From contig CAYPFN010000004.1 in the NCBI GenBank assembly GCA_964410325.1, positions 1,486 to 65,485 of the forward strand: DNA of 64,000 nt, read 5' to 3'. Position numbers and translations under genes: made by a program. The notes under the pieces were generated by a model, which was not told the DNA's origin, did no database searches, and saw only the letters and a list, made by a program, of their open reading frames with translations. Positions 42,868 through 51,336 of this stretch are shown piece after piece; the stretch's first letter is position 1, and every line of letters starts with the position of its first letter. The stretch comes from an uncultured Azospirillaceae bacterium. GTDB taxonomy: Bacteria; Pseudomonadota; Alphaproteobacteria; RF32; CAG-239.

Positions 42868-43860
42868 ATGTATAATTATTTTTTGTCGGGGGCTGTCATG
42901 CTTAGTTTGAAAAATTTTTCCTTAATTTTGGTCGGAATACTGTTTTGGAGCGTTTCTGCCGAGGCTCGAGTTTGTTTTTTAGCCGGAAGTGATGATGATG
43001 AAAACTGTTTGACCTCTATAGGAGATTTTGTCGAGGATGGATGTTCGGGGTATTTATCTTGTGACATTCCAATTATTGGCGCATCAACTTGCGCTAACAG
43101 TGAGCAGTCTCTTTACCAGCCGGAAGATTGTTGTTCGAACGGCTCTTATTTTGAACGTTGTGACGGTGAGGGGCAGGTTTGTAACGGCGTCAGTTGTAAG
43201 GGCTATGATGCAAACGGCGACATTTACGAATCTTGTGAAATTGGATACTGTAGCTGTGATAGCTCTTATTCGGAAACTTGTTCGGGAAATGGTTTAACCG
43301 GTGATGGCGAAGCTTGTAATGGTTTGTATCAGAGCTGTAAATGTTCTGATGAATATTATGCTTGTGATGCTGAAGCTGAAGGTAGTGGCTCTTCTTGTTA
43401 CGACGACACACAAAAATATACTTCTTGTACATGTCCGGATGCTGATGGAAGCACATGGGTGTCCGATGCAAGCGATTGTTGTTTTGGTTACTCTAAATAT
43501 TGTGTTAATCGTCCTAGTGGCCGTATTGTTTATGAGTGTAACCTAGTAACGTTTGAGAATTGTTCCTGTGGATATACTTATGCATCAGGTACTTCATCAT
43601 GCATAAACGGCTGTACTGATGAAGATTATGAATATGTCGGGGTTCCAGAGAATGTGACTTGTAAAGATCTTCTCAACGGGCTTAGCACAACCTGCGGCAA
43701 CAATTGTACTTGTAAAAGCGGATATTGGGATTTTACGGAAAGTTGTGAACAACAGGTGTCTACAGTTTGTACCAATATAGGATATACAGATACTTCGTGC
43801 AGCGGTGAATGGATTGCTTGCCCATATGATGCTTCAGCGAAGAAATGTCTGAATATATAA
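42868..43860 (+). CDS. Cysteine-rich secreted protein (330 aa; ~45 Cys), hypothetical
   Basis: Signal peptide (MLSLKNFSLILVGILFWSVSAEA; likely start at ~42898). The mature part is dominated by C, G, S, D, E, Y, T with recurring CSG/CxC/SC spacings. Confidence 0.55.
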   Translation: MYNYFLSGAVMLSLKNFSLILVGILFWSVSAEARVCFLAGSDDDENCLTSIGDFVEDGCSGYLSCDIPIIGASTCANSEQSLYQPEDCCSNGSYFERCDGEGQVCNGVSCKGYDANGDIYESCEIGYCSCDSSYSETCSGNGLTGDGEACNGLYQSCKCSDEYYACDAEAEGSGSSCYDDTQKYTSCTCPDADGSTWVSDASDCCFGYSKYCVNRPSGRIVYECNLVTFENCSCGYTYASGTSSCINGCTDEDYEYVGVPENVTCKDLLNGLSTTCGNNCTCKSGYWDFTESCEQQVSTVCTNIGYTDTSCSGEWIACPYDASAKKCLNI

Positions 43861-44124
43861 AAATAGTGTAAATGTTTCTGTTTTTAGATGCATGGTAAAA
43901 ACAATGTTTTAAAGGCATGAGGCAAGCCTTGTCCTTTCTCTTGAGTATGGGGAAGGGGAATGGTAACAGTGTTGTATTCGTTCGCAGCAATAAAATTATT
44001 TGTTGGAATGGTTTTATCCGAGGTGTTTCATAGCTTATAAGGAAATGGCGCATAATATTCTTGCATTTTTATAGAAAATGTGATATATATCTATTAGTTT
44101 TTTTGGAAAAGGTATGGATTTGCT

Positions 44125-44484
44125 ATGATTATCAATAGTAATGATTCTTTGCAAAGAAGTATTTTGACTAATAAATGTTTTTATCAAACAACAGCACAGA
44201 TTATGCATGATTTTGAGCAAAAAGGTTATGCAAACTCTGCTGATGAGACAGCTAAAGTAATTGCTGCTTATCATGGTATCATACAGAAAAAAACAAAAAA
44301 TAACTATAGTAAGGATTATAACGAGGCGTTTGATAAGATTGATAGTGCAATTAAAAGCATGGCAAATAAGGTTTTTTATATTTATGATAAAAAAAGTTTT
44401 GATCGTGCTTATCAATCTTTTCAAGATTTTGATTATATCAGTGCCATTATCCGACGTCAGAGAATGAAAAAAAATCAATTATAA
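44125..44484 (+). CDS. Hypothetical protein (119 aa)
   Basis: ORF followed by a hairpin terminator (atccgg ttaaatg ccggat tttt) at ~44486-44512. Confidence 0.4.
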   Translation: MIINSNDSLQRSILTNKCFYQTTAQIMHDFEQKGYANSADETAKVIAAYHGIIQKKTKNNYSKDYNEAFDKIDSAIKSMANKVFYIYDKKSFDRAYQSFQDFDYISAIIRRQRMKKNQL

Positions 44485-44602
44485 CATATCCGGTTAAATG
44501 CCGGATTTTTGATTTGTGAACTATTTGATATTCAACATTGCAATAATAGATTATTGTCGTTACACTCCATGTATAATTTTAATTTAGTGTACGCGAGGGA
44601 AT

Positions 44603-45580
44603 ATGAAACAAATATCAGTTATCGGTTGCGGTCGCTGGGGAACTTTTTTGGGCTGGTATGCCGCTAATTACTGTGTTGATAGTGTTGTTCTATATGATAT
44701 TCCGACATCGCCTAACTTTATAGAGCTACAGGATACACGGCGTAATTCGTATTTGGCGTTAAGCGATAATATGGTTTTAACGTCGGATTTAAATAAGATT
44801 TTGCATAATGAGTATATAATTATTTCTATTGGGTGCCAGCATTTACGAGAATTAGCACGCCAACTTAATGGATATAATTTAGAAAATAAAAACTTTTTGT
44901 TGGCGATGAAAGGGTTGGAAGAACCAAGCGCTAAAATTTTGATTGATGTTTTTCGAGAGGAAATCAAACAGAATATACATGTATCCTGTTTGGGCGGGCC
45001 GGGACATGTGCAGGATTATATTAAAAAAGTTCCTTCCTGTGTGGTTGTTGACAGTTATGAAGAAGAAAACAAGGATCGTTGGATTAGGTTGTTGCAGAGT
45101 GATTTGATTCGTTTTTATTATGGTAATGACGTTATCGGTAATCAGATTGGTGCAGCTTTAAAAAATGTTATCGGCATTGCTGCCGGTATTTTGGACGGAT
45201 TGGAATGGTATGGTTTGAAAGGCGCTTTAATGGCGCGGGCGCCAGTTGAAGTTGGCCGTTTGATTAAGCATTTTGGCGGAAATCCTTTTACAGCTTATGG
45301 GTTGGCGCATTTAGGCGATTATGAGGCAACATTGTTTTCAAAACACAGCCATAATCGTATGTACGGTGAGATGTTTGCTAAAGGCGAACGTTTCGGTAAA
45401 CTGGCGGAAGGTGTGGCAACTCTTAAAGCAGTTAAAATTATTGCCGATAGAGAAAAAATTGATATGCCTATTTGCCAAGCTTTGTATAAGGTTGTTTATG
45501 AGGATGCCGATATTAAAGCTACAATCAAAGAGATGTTTGAGCGGGGGTTGAAAAAGGAATTTGATTATATCAGCGCTTAA
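44603..45580 (+). CDS. NAD(P)H-dependent glycerol-3-phosphate dehydrogenase-like protein (divergent GpsA homologue)
   Basis: 325 aa. N-terminal IGCGRWGT (compare GpsA GAGAWGT), KNVIGIAAGILDG (GpsA KNVIAIAAGI.DG), and the MPI region. Confidence 0.65.
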   Translation: MKQISVIGCGRWGTFLGWYAANYCVDSVVLYDIPTSPNFIELQDTRRNSYLALSDNMVLTSDLNKILHNEYIIISIGCQHLRELARQLNGYNLENKNFLLAMKGLEEPSAKILIDVFREEIKQNIHVSCLGGPGHVQDYIKKVPSCVVVDSYEEENKDRWIRLLQSDLIRFYYGNDVIGNQIGAALKNVIGIAAGILDGLEWYGLKGALMARAPVEVGRLIKHFGGNPFTAYGLAHLGDYEATLFSKHSHNRMYGEMFAKGERFGKLAEGVATLKAVKIIADREKIDMPICQALYKVVYEDADIKATIKEMFERGLKKEFDYISA

Positions 45581-45585
45581 GGAAA

Positions 45586-45622
45586 GTTGTTAAAAAACCG
45601 GCTTTGCGCCGGTTTTTTATGG
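45586..45622. terminator. Hairpin terminator between gpsA-like and ctrA (bidirectional)
   Basis: aaaaaaccggctttgcgccggttttttat. A near-identical copy is at 51303-51336. Confidence 0.55.
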
Positions 45623-45650
45623 TTGCAACTCCTTATTTAAAAGATTGATA

Positions 45651-46337
45651 TCATTTAACCTCATCCGGATCGCGTAGAACGTAACCGCGGCCCCAGACGG
45701 TTTCAATATAATTTTTACCACCAGAGGCTTTTTCTAATTTTTTACGCAGCTTACAGATGAAGACATCAATAATTTTTAATTCAGGTTCATCAATACCGCC
45801 ATAAAGATGGTTTAAAAACTGATCTTTGTTTAAGGTAGAACCTTTACGCAAAGACAATAGCTCCATAATACCGTATTCTTTACCAGTTAGATGTAATGCT
45901 TTGCCACAGACGGTTACCGTTTGTGTATCAAGATTGACTTCAACATCGCCAGTTTTAATAATGGAGTTGGAATGTCCTTTTGAGCGACGGACAATAGCCT
46001 GAATACGCGCTAAAAGTTCGGATTTGTCAAAAGGTTTGGTCAGATAGTCGTCCGCGCCATAACCTAAACCCTTAACCTTTTTATCTGGTTCGCTTAAACC
46101 GGAGAGAATTAAAACAGGAGTGTTGACTTTGGCATTGCGCAGACTTTTTAGAACTTCATAACCATTCATATCCGGAAGCATCAGGTCTAGAATAATGATA
46201 TCATAATCGTATAATTTGCCGATTTCGAGTCCATCTTCGCCCAAATCGGTCGCATCAACAATCATGCCTTCTTTTTTTAACATTATTTCAATGTTTTGCG
46301 AGACGGCATAATCATCTTCTACTAACAATACTCTCAT
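45651..46337 (-). CDS. ctrA: Cell-cycle response regulator CtrA (OmpR family)
   Basis: 228 aa. Receiver domain with D51-type [11 protein letters not shown], and a winged-helix C-terminus ending in the GRGYVLRD-type motif. Confidence 0.85.
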   Translation of the reverse strand: MRVLLVEDDYAVSQNIEIMLKKEGMIVDATDLGEDGLEIGKLYDYDIIILDLMLPDMNGYEVLKSLRNAKVNTPVLILSGLSEPDKKVKGLGYGADDYLTKPFDKSELLARIQAIVRRSKGHSNSIIKTGDVEVNLDTQTVTVCGKALHLTGKEYGIMELLSLRKGSTLNKDQFLNHLYGGIDEPELKIIDVFICKLRKKLEKASGGKNYIETVWGRGYVLRDPDEVK

Positions 46338-46519
46338 CTCTTTGCCTTTCCGTAATCTTTTAATAGTAATCTTACTATAACGCCATATTTTTTATTTGTG
46401 AATCATTTTAAAGCCCTGTTAATAATTATTAATAGGATAAAGAATAATTAAGCGGAAAGTTGGTTGAAATGGAGGATTTTTATGTATATTATTAACTTAA
46501 GTTTTTTAAGGAGGAAAAA

Positions 46520-47095
46520 ATGTTTCAATTACCGCTGCTGAGTTATAAACTTGATGAACTTGCCCCCTATATTTCCCAAAACACAATGGCGTTTCATTAT
46601 TTGAAACATCATCAAACATATATTGATAATCTGAATAAACTGATTGTTGGAACAGCGTTCGAAAATATGGCTCTGCCGGCAATTGTTAAAAATACTGCCA
46701 GGAAAACGGAATACAAGGCAATTTTTAACAATGCCGCGCAAACTTGGAATCACTCTTTTTTCTGGAATTCCATGCGGCCGAACGGTGGTGGCAAACCGCA
46801 TGGGCAGTTGTTTGAGGAAATAATAAAATCTTTCGGCAGTTATGAAAACTTTCGCAAAGAGTTTAAAGACGCCGCGCTGGCACAGTTTGGTAGTGGCTGG
46901 GCTTGGCTTATTCGTGAAGATAAAGACCGTTTGGCCATTATGAAAACAGCAAATGCGGATAATCCTCTCGCACATGATTTAGAGGCGGTTTTGACAATCG
47001 ATGTCTGGGAACATGCGTATTATCTGGATTATCAAAACCGTCGCGCCGATTTTATTGATGCCTTTTTGGATCATCTGGTGGATTGGAAAGAATAA
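46520..47095 (+). CDS. sodB: Fe/Mn superoxide dismutase
   Basis: 191 aa. H..H, and the DVWEHAYYLDYQNRR metal-binding motif. Confidence 0.9.
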   Translation: MFQLPLLSYKLDELAPYISQNTMAFHYLKHHQTYIDNLNKLIVGTAFENMALPAIVKNTARKTEYKAIFNNAAQTWNHSFFWNSMRPNGGGKPHGQLFEEIIKSFGSYENFRKEFKDAALAQFGSGWAWLIREDKDRLAIMKTANADNPLAHDLEAVLTIDVWEHAYYLDYQNRRADFIDAFLDHLVDWKE

Positions 47096-47210
47096 AGACA
47101 GACTTGAGATAAATTTACAGTAGATTAAAAGCTCCGGTTATTATCGGAGCTTTTTAAAATAATTCTTGCATTACGTTAAGAAGTATATTAAAAGGAAAGC
47201 ACTTCGTAAT

Positions 47211-47286
47211 GGTCCCATCGTCTAGAGGCTTAGGACGCGGCCCTCTCAAGGCTGCAACACGGGTTCGAATCCCGTTGGGATCACCA
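47211..47286 (+). tRNA. tRNA-Glu (anticodon read as CTC)
   Basis: GGTCCCATCGTCTAGAGGCTTAGGACGCGGCCCTCTCAAGGCTGCAACACGGGTTCGAATCCCGTTGGGATCACCA, which aligns with the canonical tRNA-Glu. The anticodon loop is CTCTCAA. Confidence 0.75.
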
Positions 47287-47292
47287 ATGCAA

Positions 47293-47317
47293 GCCTCTCT
47301 TTTTAAGAGAGGCTTTG
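47293..47317 (+). terminator. Hairpin terminator immediately after tRNA-Glu
   Basis: gcctctctt ttt aagagaggc ttt. Confidence 0.55.
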
Positions 47318-47321
47318 TTGT

Positions 47322-47400
47322 TGACCCTAGAGATTCGAACCCGAGGTTCGTTCAATTGCGACTAAATTTCGCTTTGCGACGCTGTCGCTTGCTTGCTCAA
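47322..47400 (-). repeat. Degenerate inverted partial copy of the tRNA-Glu 3' half
   Basis: The reverse complement contains CCTCGGGTTCGAATCTCTAGGGTCAACA. Compare the tRNA's ACACGGGTTCGAATCCCGTTGGGATCACCA. Confidence 0.35.
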
Positions 47401-47458
47401 TAAGTCTCATTGTGTCTCCTCAGAAAAAGAGCGTTAGGGCTCTTTTTCTTTCGGCCAT

Positions 47459-47480
47459 CCGTTGGGATCACCAATGCAAA
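47459..47480 (+). repeat. Direct repeat of the tRNA-Glu 3' end (ccgttgggatcaccaatgcaa), att-site-like scar
   Basis: An exact ~21-bp copy of 47272-47292, located 187 bp downstream. Confidence 0.5.
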
Positions 47481-47665
47481 TGGCAGGTATGAAAACTGCC
47501 GTTTTTCTTTATTTTCCAGGGACTTCAGCGAGTTTGAGAGTTGTAAATTTGAAATTACGGTTTTGGGAAGCTTATACGAACTCGTTTAGAAAAAATATTT
47601 ATTTTTTTCAAATGCTTAGATCTGTTGAAATCTTGTTCAATTTTTGGGGATGTTTTGTTTTTCAG

Positions 47666-48448
47666 TTAACGTAGATTTATGCCGTATTTCTTTACTAAGC
47701 TTTTCAGAGCCTCTTTAGTGATCTTATCTTGATACCATTGTTGTCTTTCTTCTTTAAAAAATTCATTTCCGGCCGTCATACAGTCAGGGCAAAAGGGAGA
47801 TATATTGTGTTTTTTTGCGAGTAATCGGGCTCTTGTTATATCGCTAAAATCGCCATCAGATCTTTGTTGCATAATGCACATCTCGTCTGGATCTGTACAA
47901 TGTGGGCCTAAATTCTCTTCAGAATTTTTTCTTCTTTCGTAAGTAAGATTAATAACATGTCCAAACTCGTGCATTAATACTGTTTTGAAGTTTTCGCGAT
48001 CAATCAGCTTGCCGTTTTGATTTGAAAAGCGGTAGGCAGAAACAACACAGCCAATCCTCTCTTCTCCTATACCTAGACAATATGCATCCTTATCATAAGG
48101 ATATAAATCATCTTTTGTCAACAAGATTGTAAATTGTGGAATTTGTTGATTTGTCGGGTCTTTCTGCATTGTTTCAAGTAAGGTGCTTGCATTTAGCCGA
48201 TGATAATTAGGGTCTGGTCGGGCATTTTCAATATGCCAACGAGTGCTTTTATATGGAGCCAGATAAAGCTTCCCATTTTGAGAATAGATATACCCATGAT
48301 CTTTCCATGCACCTAAATTAGTAATTGGATAATCATTTTTATATTCAGGGAAAAACCCCATGATTTCGCTAATTGCTTCGACAGCGACATAGTTTACTTC
48401 AGGATCAAGCCCATCTTGGCTAACTATATAAATATCTCTCTGTTTCAT
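47666..48448 (-). CDS. Archaemetzincin-like (peptidase M54-like) zinc metallopeptidase
   Basis: 260 aa. HEFGHVINL followed by C..DPDEMCIM and CPDC, reminiscent of the archaemetzincin HExxHxxGx3Cx4CxMx17CxxC signature. The spacings are not identical. Confidence 0.5.
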   Translation of the reverse strand: MKQRDIYIVSQDGLDPEVNYVAVEAISEIMGFFPEYKNDYPITNLGAWKDHGYIYSQNGKLYLAPYKSTRWHIENARPDPNYHRLNASTLLETMQKDPTNQQIPQFTILLTKDDLYPYDKDAYCLGIGEERIGCVVSAYRFSNQNGKLIDRENFKTVLMHEFGHVINLTYERRKNSEENLGPHCTDPDEMCIMQQRSDGDFSDITRARLLAKKHNISPFCPDCMTAGNEFFKEERQQWYQDKITKEALKSLVKKYGINLR

Positions 48449-48624
48449 GATATATCCCTCTGTTCTATATTATACCCTTATTTTTATTAAAAATCAAGGA
48501 ATGCAAATAGCCAGCCGTTTTACAACTTGTCCGAACAATTTATTTATTGATATATTTTAAAGATAGGATTATGAGATATTTCTTTTGCAATAGACACCGC
48601 TTCTTTAAAAACTGGCAATAAATT

Positions 48625-49317
48625 ATGCTCCATAATTTCATAAGGATCTTTTTGTTGTTTATTTTGCAGCATTCAACTTCTCCATATTTATTTATATCAA
48701 GATACTTAAATAATTTTAAAGATGATTACCATGCATCCAGACGATTATATGCGATGTCTATAGCATCTTTGGTTATAAATTTATTGAATGCTAAGAATAA
48801 TTCGGATGAACTGAAAAAGAAAAATATAAAGATGCTCGATGTAATTCAAGAGAGAACTTATTATAACGCAGATGGTAGTTTAAGAAAAGAAAGTATTTTT
48901 TATCACCCGGAAATTATAAAATTCAAGATTCAAATGAATAAATTAGGAGGAGGATATTTTGATGATGCTGTTATATGTCGTTGCGTAGAGAGTTTTAAGC
49001 TTGATAGTGGTATGAGTACATTTAGCGAAGGACAGCCCATTATTTCTCCTGATGGAAAAATTTTAGATTGGGAAAAGGCATCAAATTCTGCTATATTTAA
49101 ATTTGCCGTTAGGGATATGGTAATTGATATGTATTCCCGTGAGATGGAACGTTATAAAAAACTCAATGAGGATGAGAAAATGAGAGAAGTTAGATATTTT
49201 ATCAATAAAGAGTGCGAAGAAACAATAAATACGAAAATAGCTGAAAGTTGCTCAGAAAGACAGGGCTCTTCGGTTGTTGGCTTATTTATGGATAAAGGAG
49301 GAAAAGGCATCGCGTAA
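48625..49317 (+). CDS. Hypothetical protein; true start probably an internal Met (MSIASLV.. or MLDVIQ..)
   Basis: The first ~40 codons look like a translated AT-rich promoter. The remainder is non-repetitive with a Cys pair (CRCVESF). No motif. Confidence 0.35.
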   Translation: MLHNFIRIFLLFILQHSTSPYLFISRYLNNFKDDYHASRRLYAMSIASLVINLLNAKNNSDELKKKNIKMLDVIQERTYYNADGSLRKESIFYHPEIIKFKIQMNKLGGGYFDDAVICRCVESFKLDSGMSTFSEGQPIISPDGKILDWEKASNSAIFKFAVRDMVIDMYSREMERYKKLNEDEKMREVRYFINKECEETINTKIAESCSERQGSSVVGLFMDKGGKGIA

Positions 49318-49883
49318 ACTGTGCGTTTAAGCCTCATCAAGTCAAAAAGTCTTTATTGTTTTGGAATATAAGAAAGATTAAATTAGTTTTATTACATTTT
49401 CATAGATTTTTTTAGTCGTTGTTTGAAAATTTTTATAGGTATTTACTATTGCTTTATTTGCAATTTTAGCACAAATTTCCTTAAGTTCTGGATTTATTTT
49501 GCCGCTTAAAATATCTCCTTTTAATTTGTTAGGATTTTTTCCAAGGATATTGTTGATGGCTTTTTCTAGAGCATCAGGTTCTTTATCCTGCTCTTTTAAA
49601 CGTTCTTTAGTTTCTTTTATTTTTTGTTCAATTTCCTTGGCTTGTTGAGCATTTTCAACAGTTTCTTTAGCTTGTTTTGGATTATCGGCTGCAGGTCGTG
49701 CGGAATGATTTGGAGCGGCAACTGCAGAAAATGACGCTTGCTAACATGCAGGCTGAATTGCATAAAATTTCTTGAAAATTATTTATAAAAACTGCTTTAA
49801 TAAAAGCAGTAACACTGTTTATATAGTAAAATGATTCTGAAACAATAGGGATATTAAAGGTTATCAACGGCTAAGATTGAAAT

Positions 49884-50549
49884 ATGTTTGAAGAGATTTT
49901 TAAGTATAAAAAGGCGGAGTTTGCCGCAATAGAAGATTTTGGCTTTGTTAAGACGGAAAGTGGCTATATTTGGTCGAAAGATATTTTGGGCGGTACGTTT
50001 GAGTTGAGGGTTTTAATAGATAAGTCCGGCGCGATTAAAAGCAATGTGATAGACAAAGATACCAGAGAGATGTATGTTTTATATCAGGCGGTAAATGCAG
50101 AAGGGGCGTTTATCGGGAAAATGCGCGAAGAGTGTCGGCGGATTTTGCAAGAGATTGCCGATAGGTGCTATGTTTCTCAGATTTTTAAGAGTACGGTTAC
50201 ACAACAGGTTATTGCCTATGTGCAGCAAAAATATCACGACAAATTGGAATTTTTATGGGAAAAATTTCCAGATAACGCGGTTTTTCGCCGTTCAGACAAT
50301 AAAAAATGGTATGCGGCGATTTTGACGGTGATGGCATCTAAACTCAATCTAGAAAATGATAGGAAATTTGAGGTCATAGATTTGCGCGGCACACCAGAAA
50401 ACATTGTTGTTTGGGTTGATGGCATTAGATATTTTCCGGGGTATCATATGAATAAAAAAAACTGGTATACTATTTGTCTTGATGGTTCGGTTGATGTTGC
50501 AGAAATATTTTGGCGAATTGATGAAAGTTATCGGTTGGCAAAAAAATGA
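49884..50549 (+). CDS. MmcQ/YjbR-family protein (predicted DNA-binding)
   Basis: 221 aa. The ..KKWYAAIL.. and GYHMNKKNWYTICLDGSV segments match the YjbR signature as I recall it. Confidence 0.55.
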   Translation: MFEEIFKYKKAEFAAIEDFGFVKTESGYIWSKDILGGTFELRVLIDKSGAIKSNVIDKDTREMYVLYQAVNAEGAFIGKMREECRRILQEIADRCYVSQIFKSTVTQQVIAYVQQKYHDKLEFLWEKFPDNAVFRRSDNKKWYAAILTVMASKLNLENDRKFEVIDLRGTPENIVVWVDGIRYFPGYHMNKKNWYTICLDGSVDVAEIFWRIDESYRLAKK

Positions 50550-50743
50550 TTTAACTTTCTTTAAAGTTAGTATGAAACCAGAAAGTGAGTATTGAATCAG
50601 CGTAAGTTTCTTTTTAAATTGCATTGTGGTAATGTGAGGATAAATCACGGCAGTGCGAAAATTTTTTGTCATTTGTATTGACTGTGGTGGCTTTAAGCAT
50701 ATTGCCGAAAGCAGACCTGGCAATATAATCAGGAGGAAGAAAT

Positions 50744-51298
50744 ATGAATAAAAAAATTGTTATATTAAACGGAAGTCCGCGCCTGAACGGCAATACTCAA
50801 GGTCTGATTGAAGCCTTCAGTAAAGGCGCGAAAAGCAAGGGATATGAGGTTAAATGTTTTAATCTGCAAAAGATGAATATTCATGGATGTTTAGGGTGTT
50901 TTGGTGGTGGTAGAGATAAAAACAGTCCCTGTGTTCAAAAGGATGATATGCTACAGATATATCCGGATTATGTTGCGGCAGATATTATTGTACTGGCTTC
51001 ACCGATGTATTATTGGGGTTTTTCAGGACAATTAAAATGTGCATTTGACCGTTTGTTTGCGGTTGCCGAATGTAATCCGAATTATGAAAATCCAAAAAAA
51101 GACTGTGTTTTGCTTATGGCTTCGGAAGGCAATGATAAAGATAATGCCAAACCTGTAAAGTACTATTATGAAAAACTTTTGGCGCATCTAGGCTGGCGTG
51201 ATTTGGGACAAATTTATGCTGGCGGTGTTTTAAAACTTGGCGATATTAAAGGGCATAAAGCTTTGCTTGAAGCGGAGCAGCTGGGTATTTCTTTATAA
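50744..51298 (+). CDS. Flavodoxin-like NAD(P)H-dependent FMN reductase family protein
   Basis: 184 aa. MNKKIVILNGSPRLNGNT is typical of the NADPH-dependent FMN reductase fold. Confidence 0.6.
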   Translation: MNKKIVILNGSPRLNGNTQGLIEAFSKGAKSKGYEVKCFNLQKMNIHGCLGCFGGGRDKNSPCVQKDDMLQIYPDYVAADIIVLASPMYYWGFSGQLKCAFDRLFAVAECNPNYENPKKDCVLLMASEGNDKDNAKPVKYYYEKLLAHLGWRDLGQIYAGGVLKLGDIKGHKALLEAEQLGISL

Positions 51299-51302
51299 TT
51301 AA

Positions 51303-51336
51303 AATAAAAAACCGGCTTTGTGCCGGTTTTTTATTT
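51303..51336. terminator. Bidirectional hairpin terminator between the flavodoxin-like gene and hxlR-family gene
   Basis: aaaaaaccggctttgtgccggttttttatttt. Confidence 0.55.

Noticed and set aside
43028-43546. Three ORFs (43028..43297 +, 43190..43471 -, 43301..43546 +) overlapping the Cys-rich protein gene
   Set aside because: Alternate-frame artefacts of a compositionally biased gene. The in-frame 330-aa ORF with signal peptide is the coherent reading.
48544-48672. 42-aa minus-strand ORF (MLQNKQQKDPYEIMEHNLLPVFKEAVSIAKEISHNPIFKIYQ) in the divergent promoter region
   Set aside because: Too short, no SD or terminator evidence, and it overlaps the start of the 48625 ORF. Cannot support it from sequence alone.
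49682-49867. 61-aa ORF as a standalone gene
   Set aside because: Its N-terminal 40 codons are AT-rich junk. Only the internal MLASVIF.. start is plausible, and that only as the 5' end of the frameshifted K/E-rich frame (see findings).
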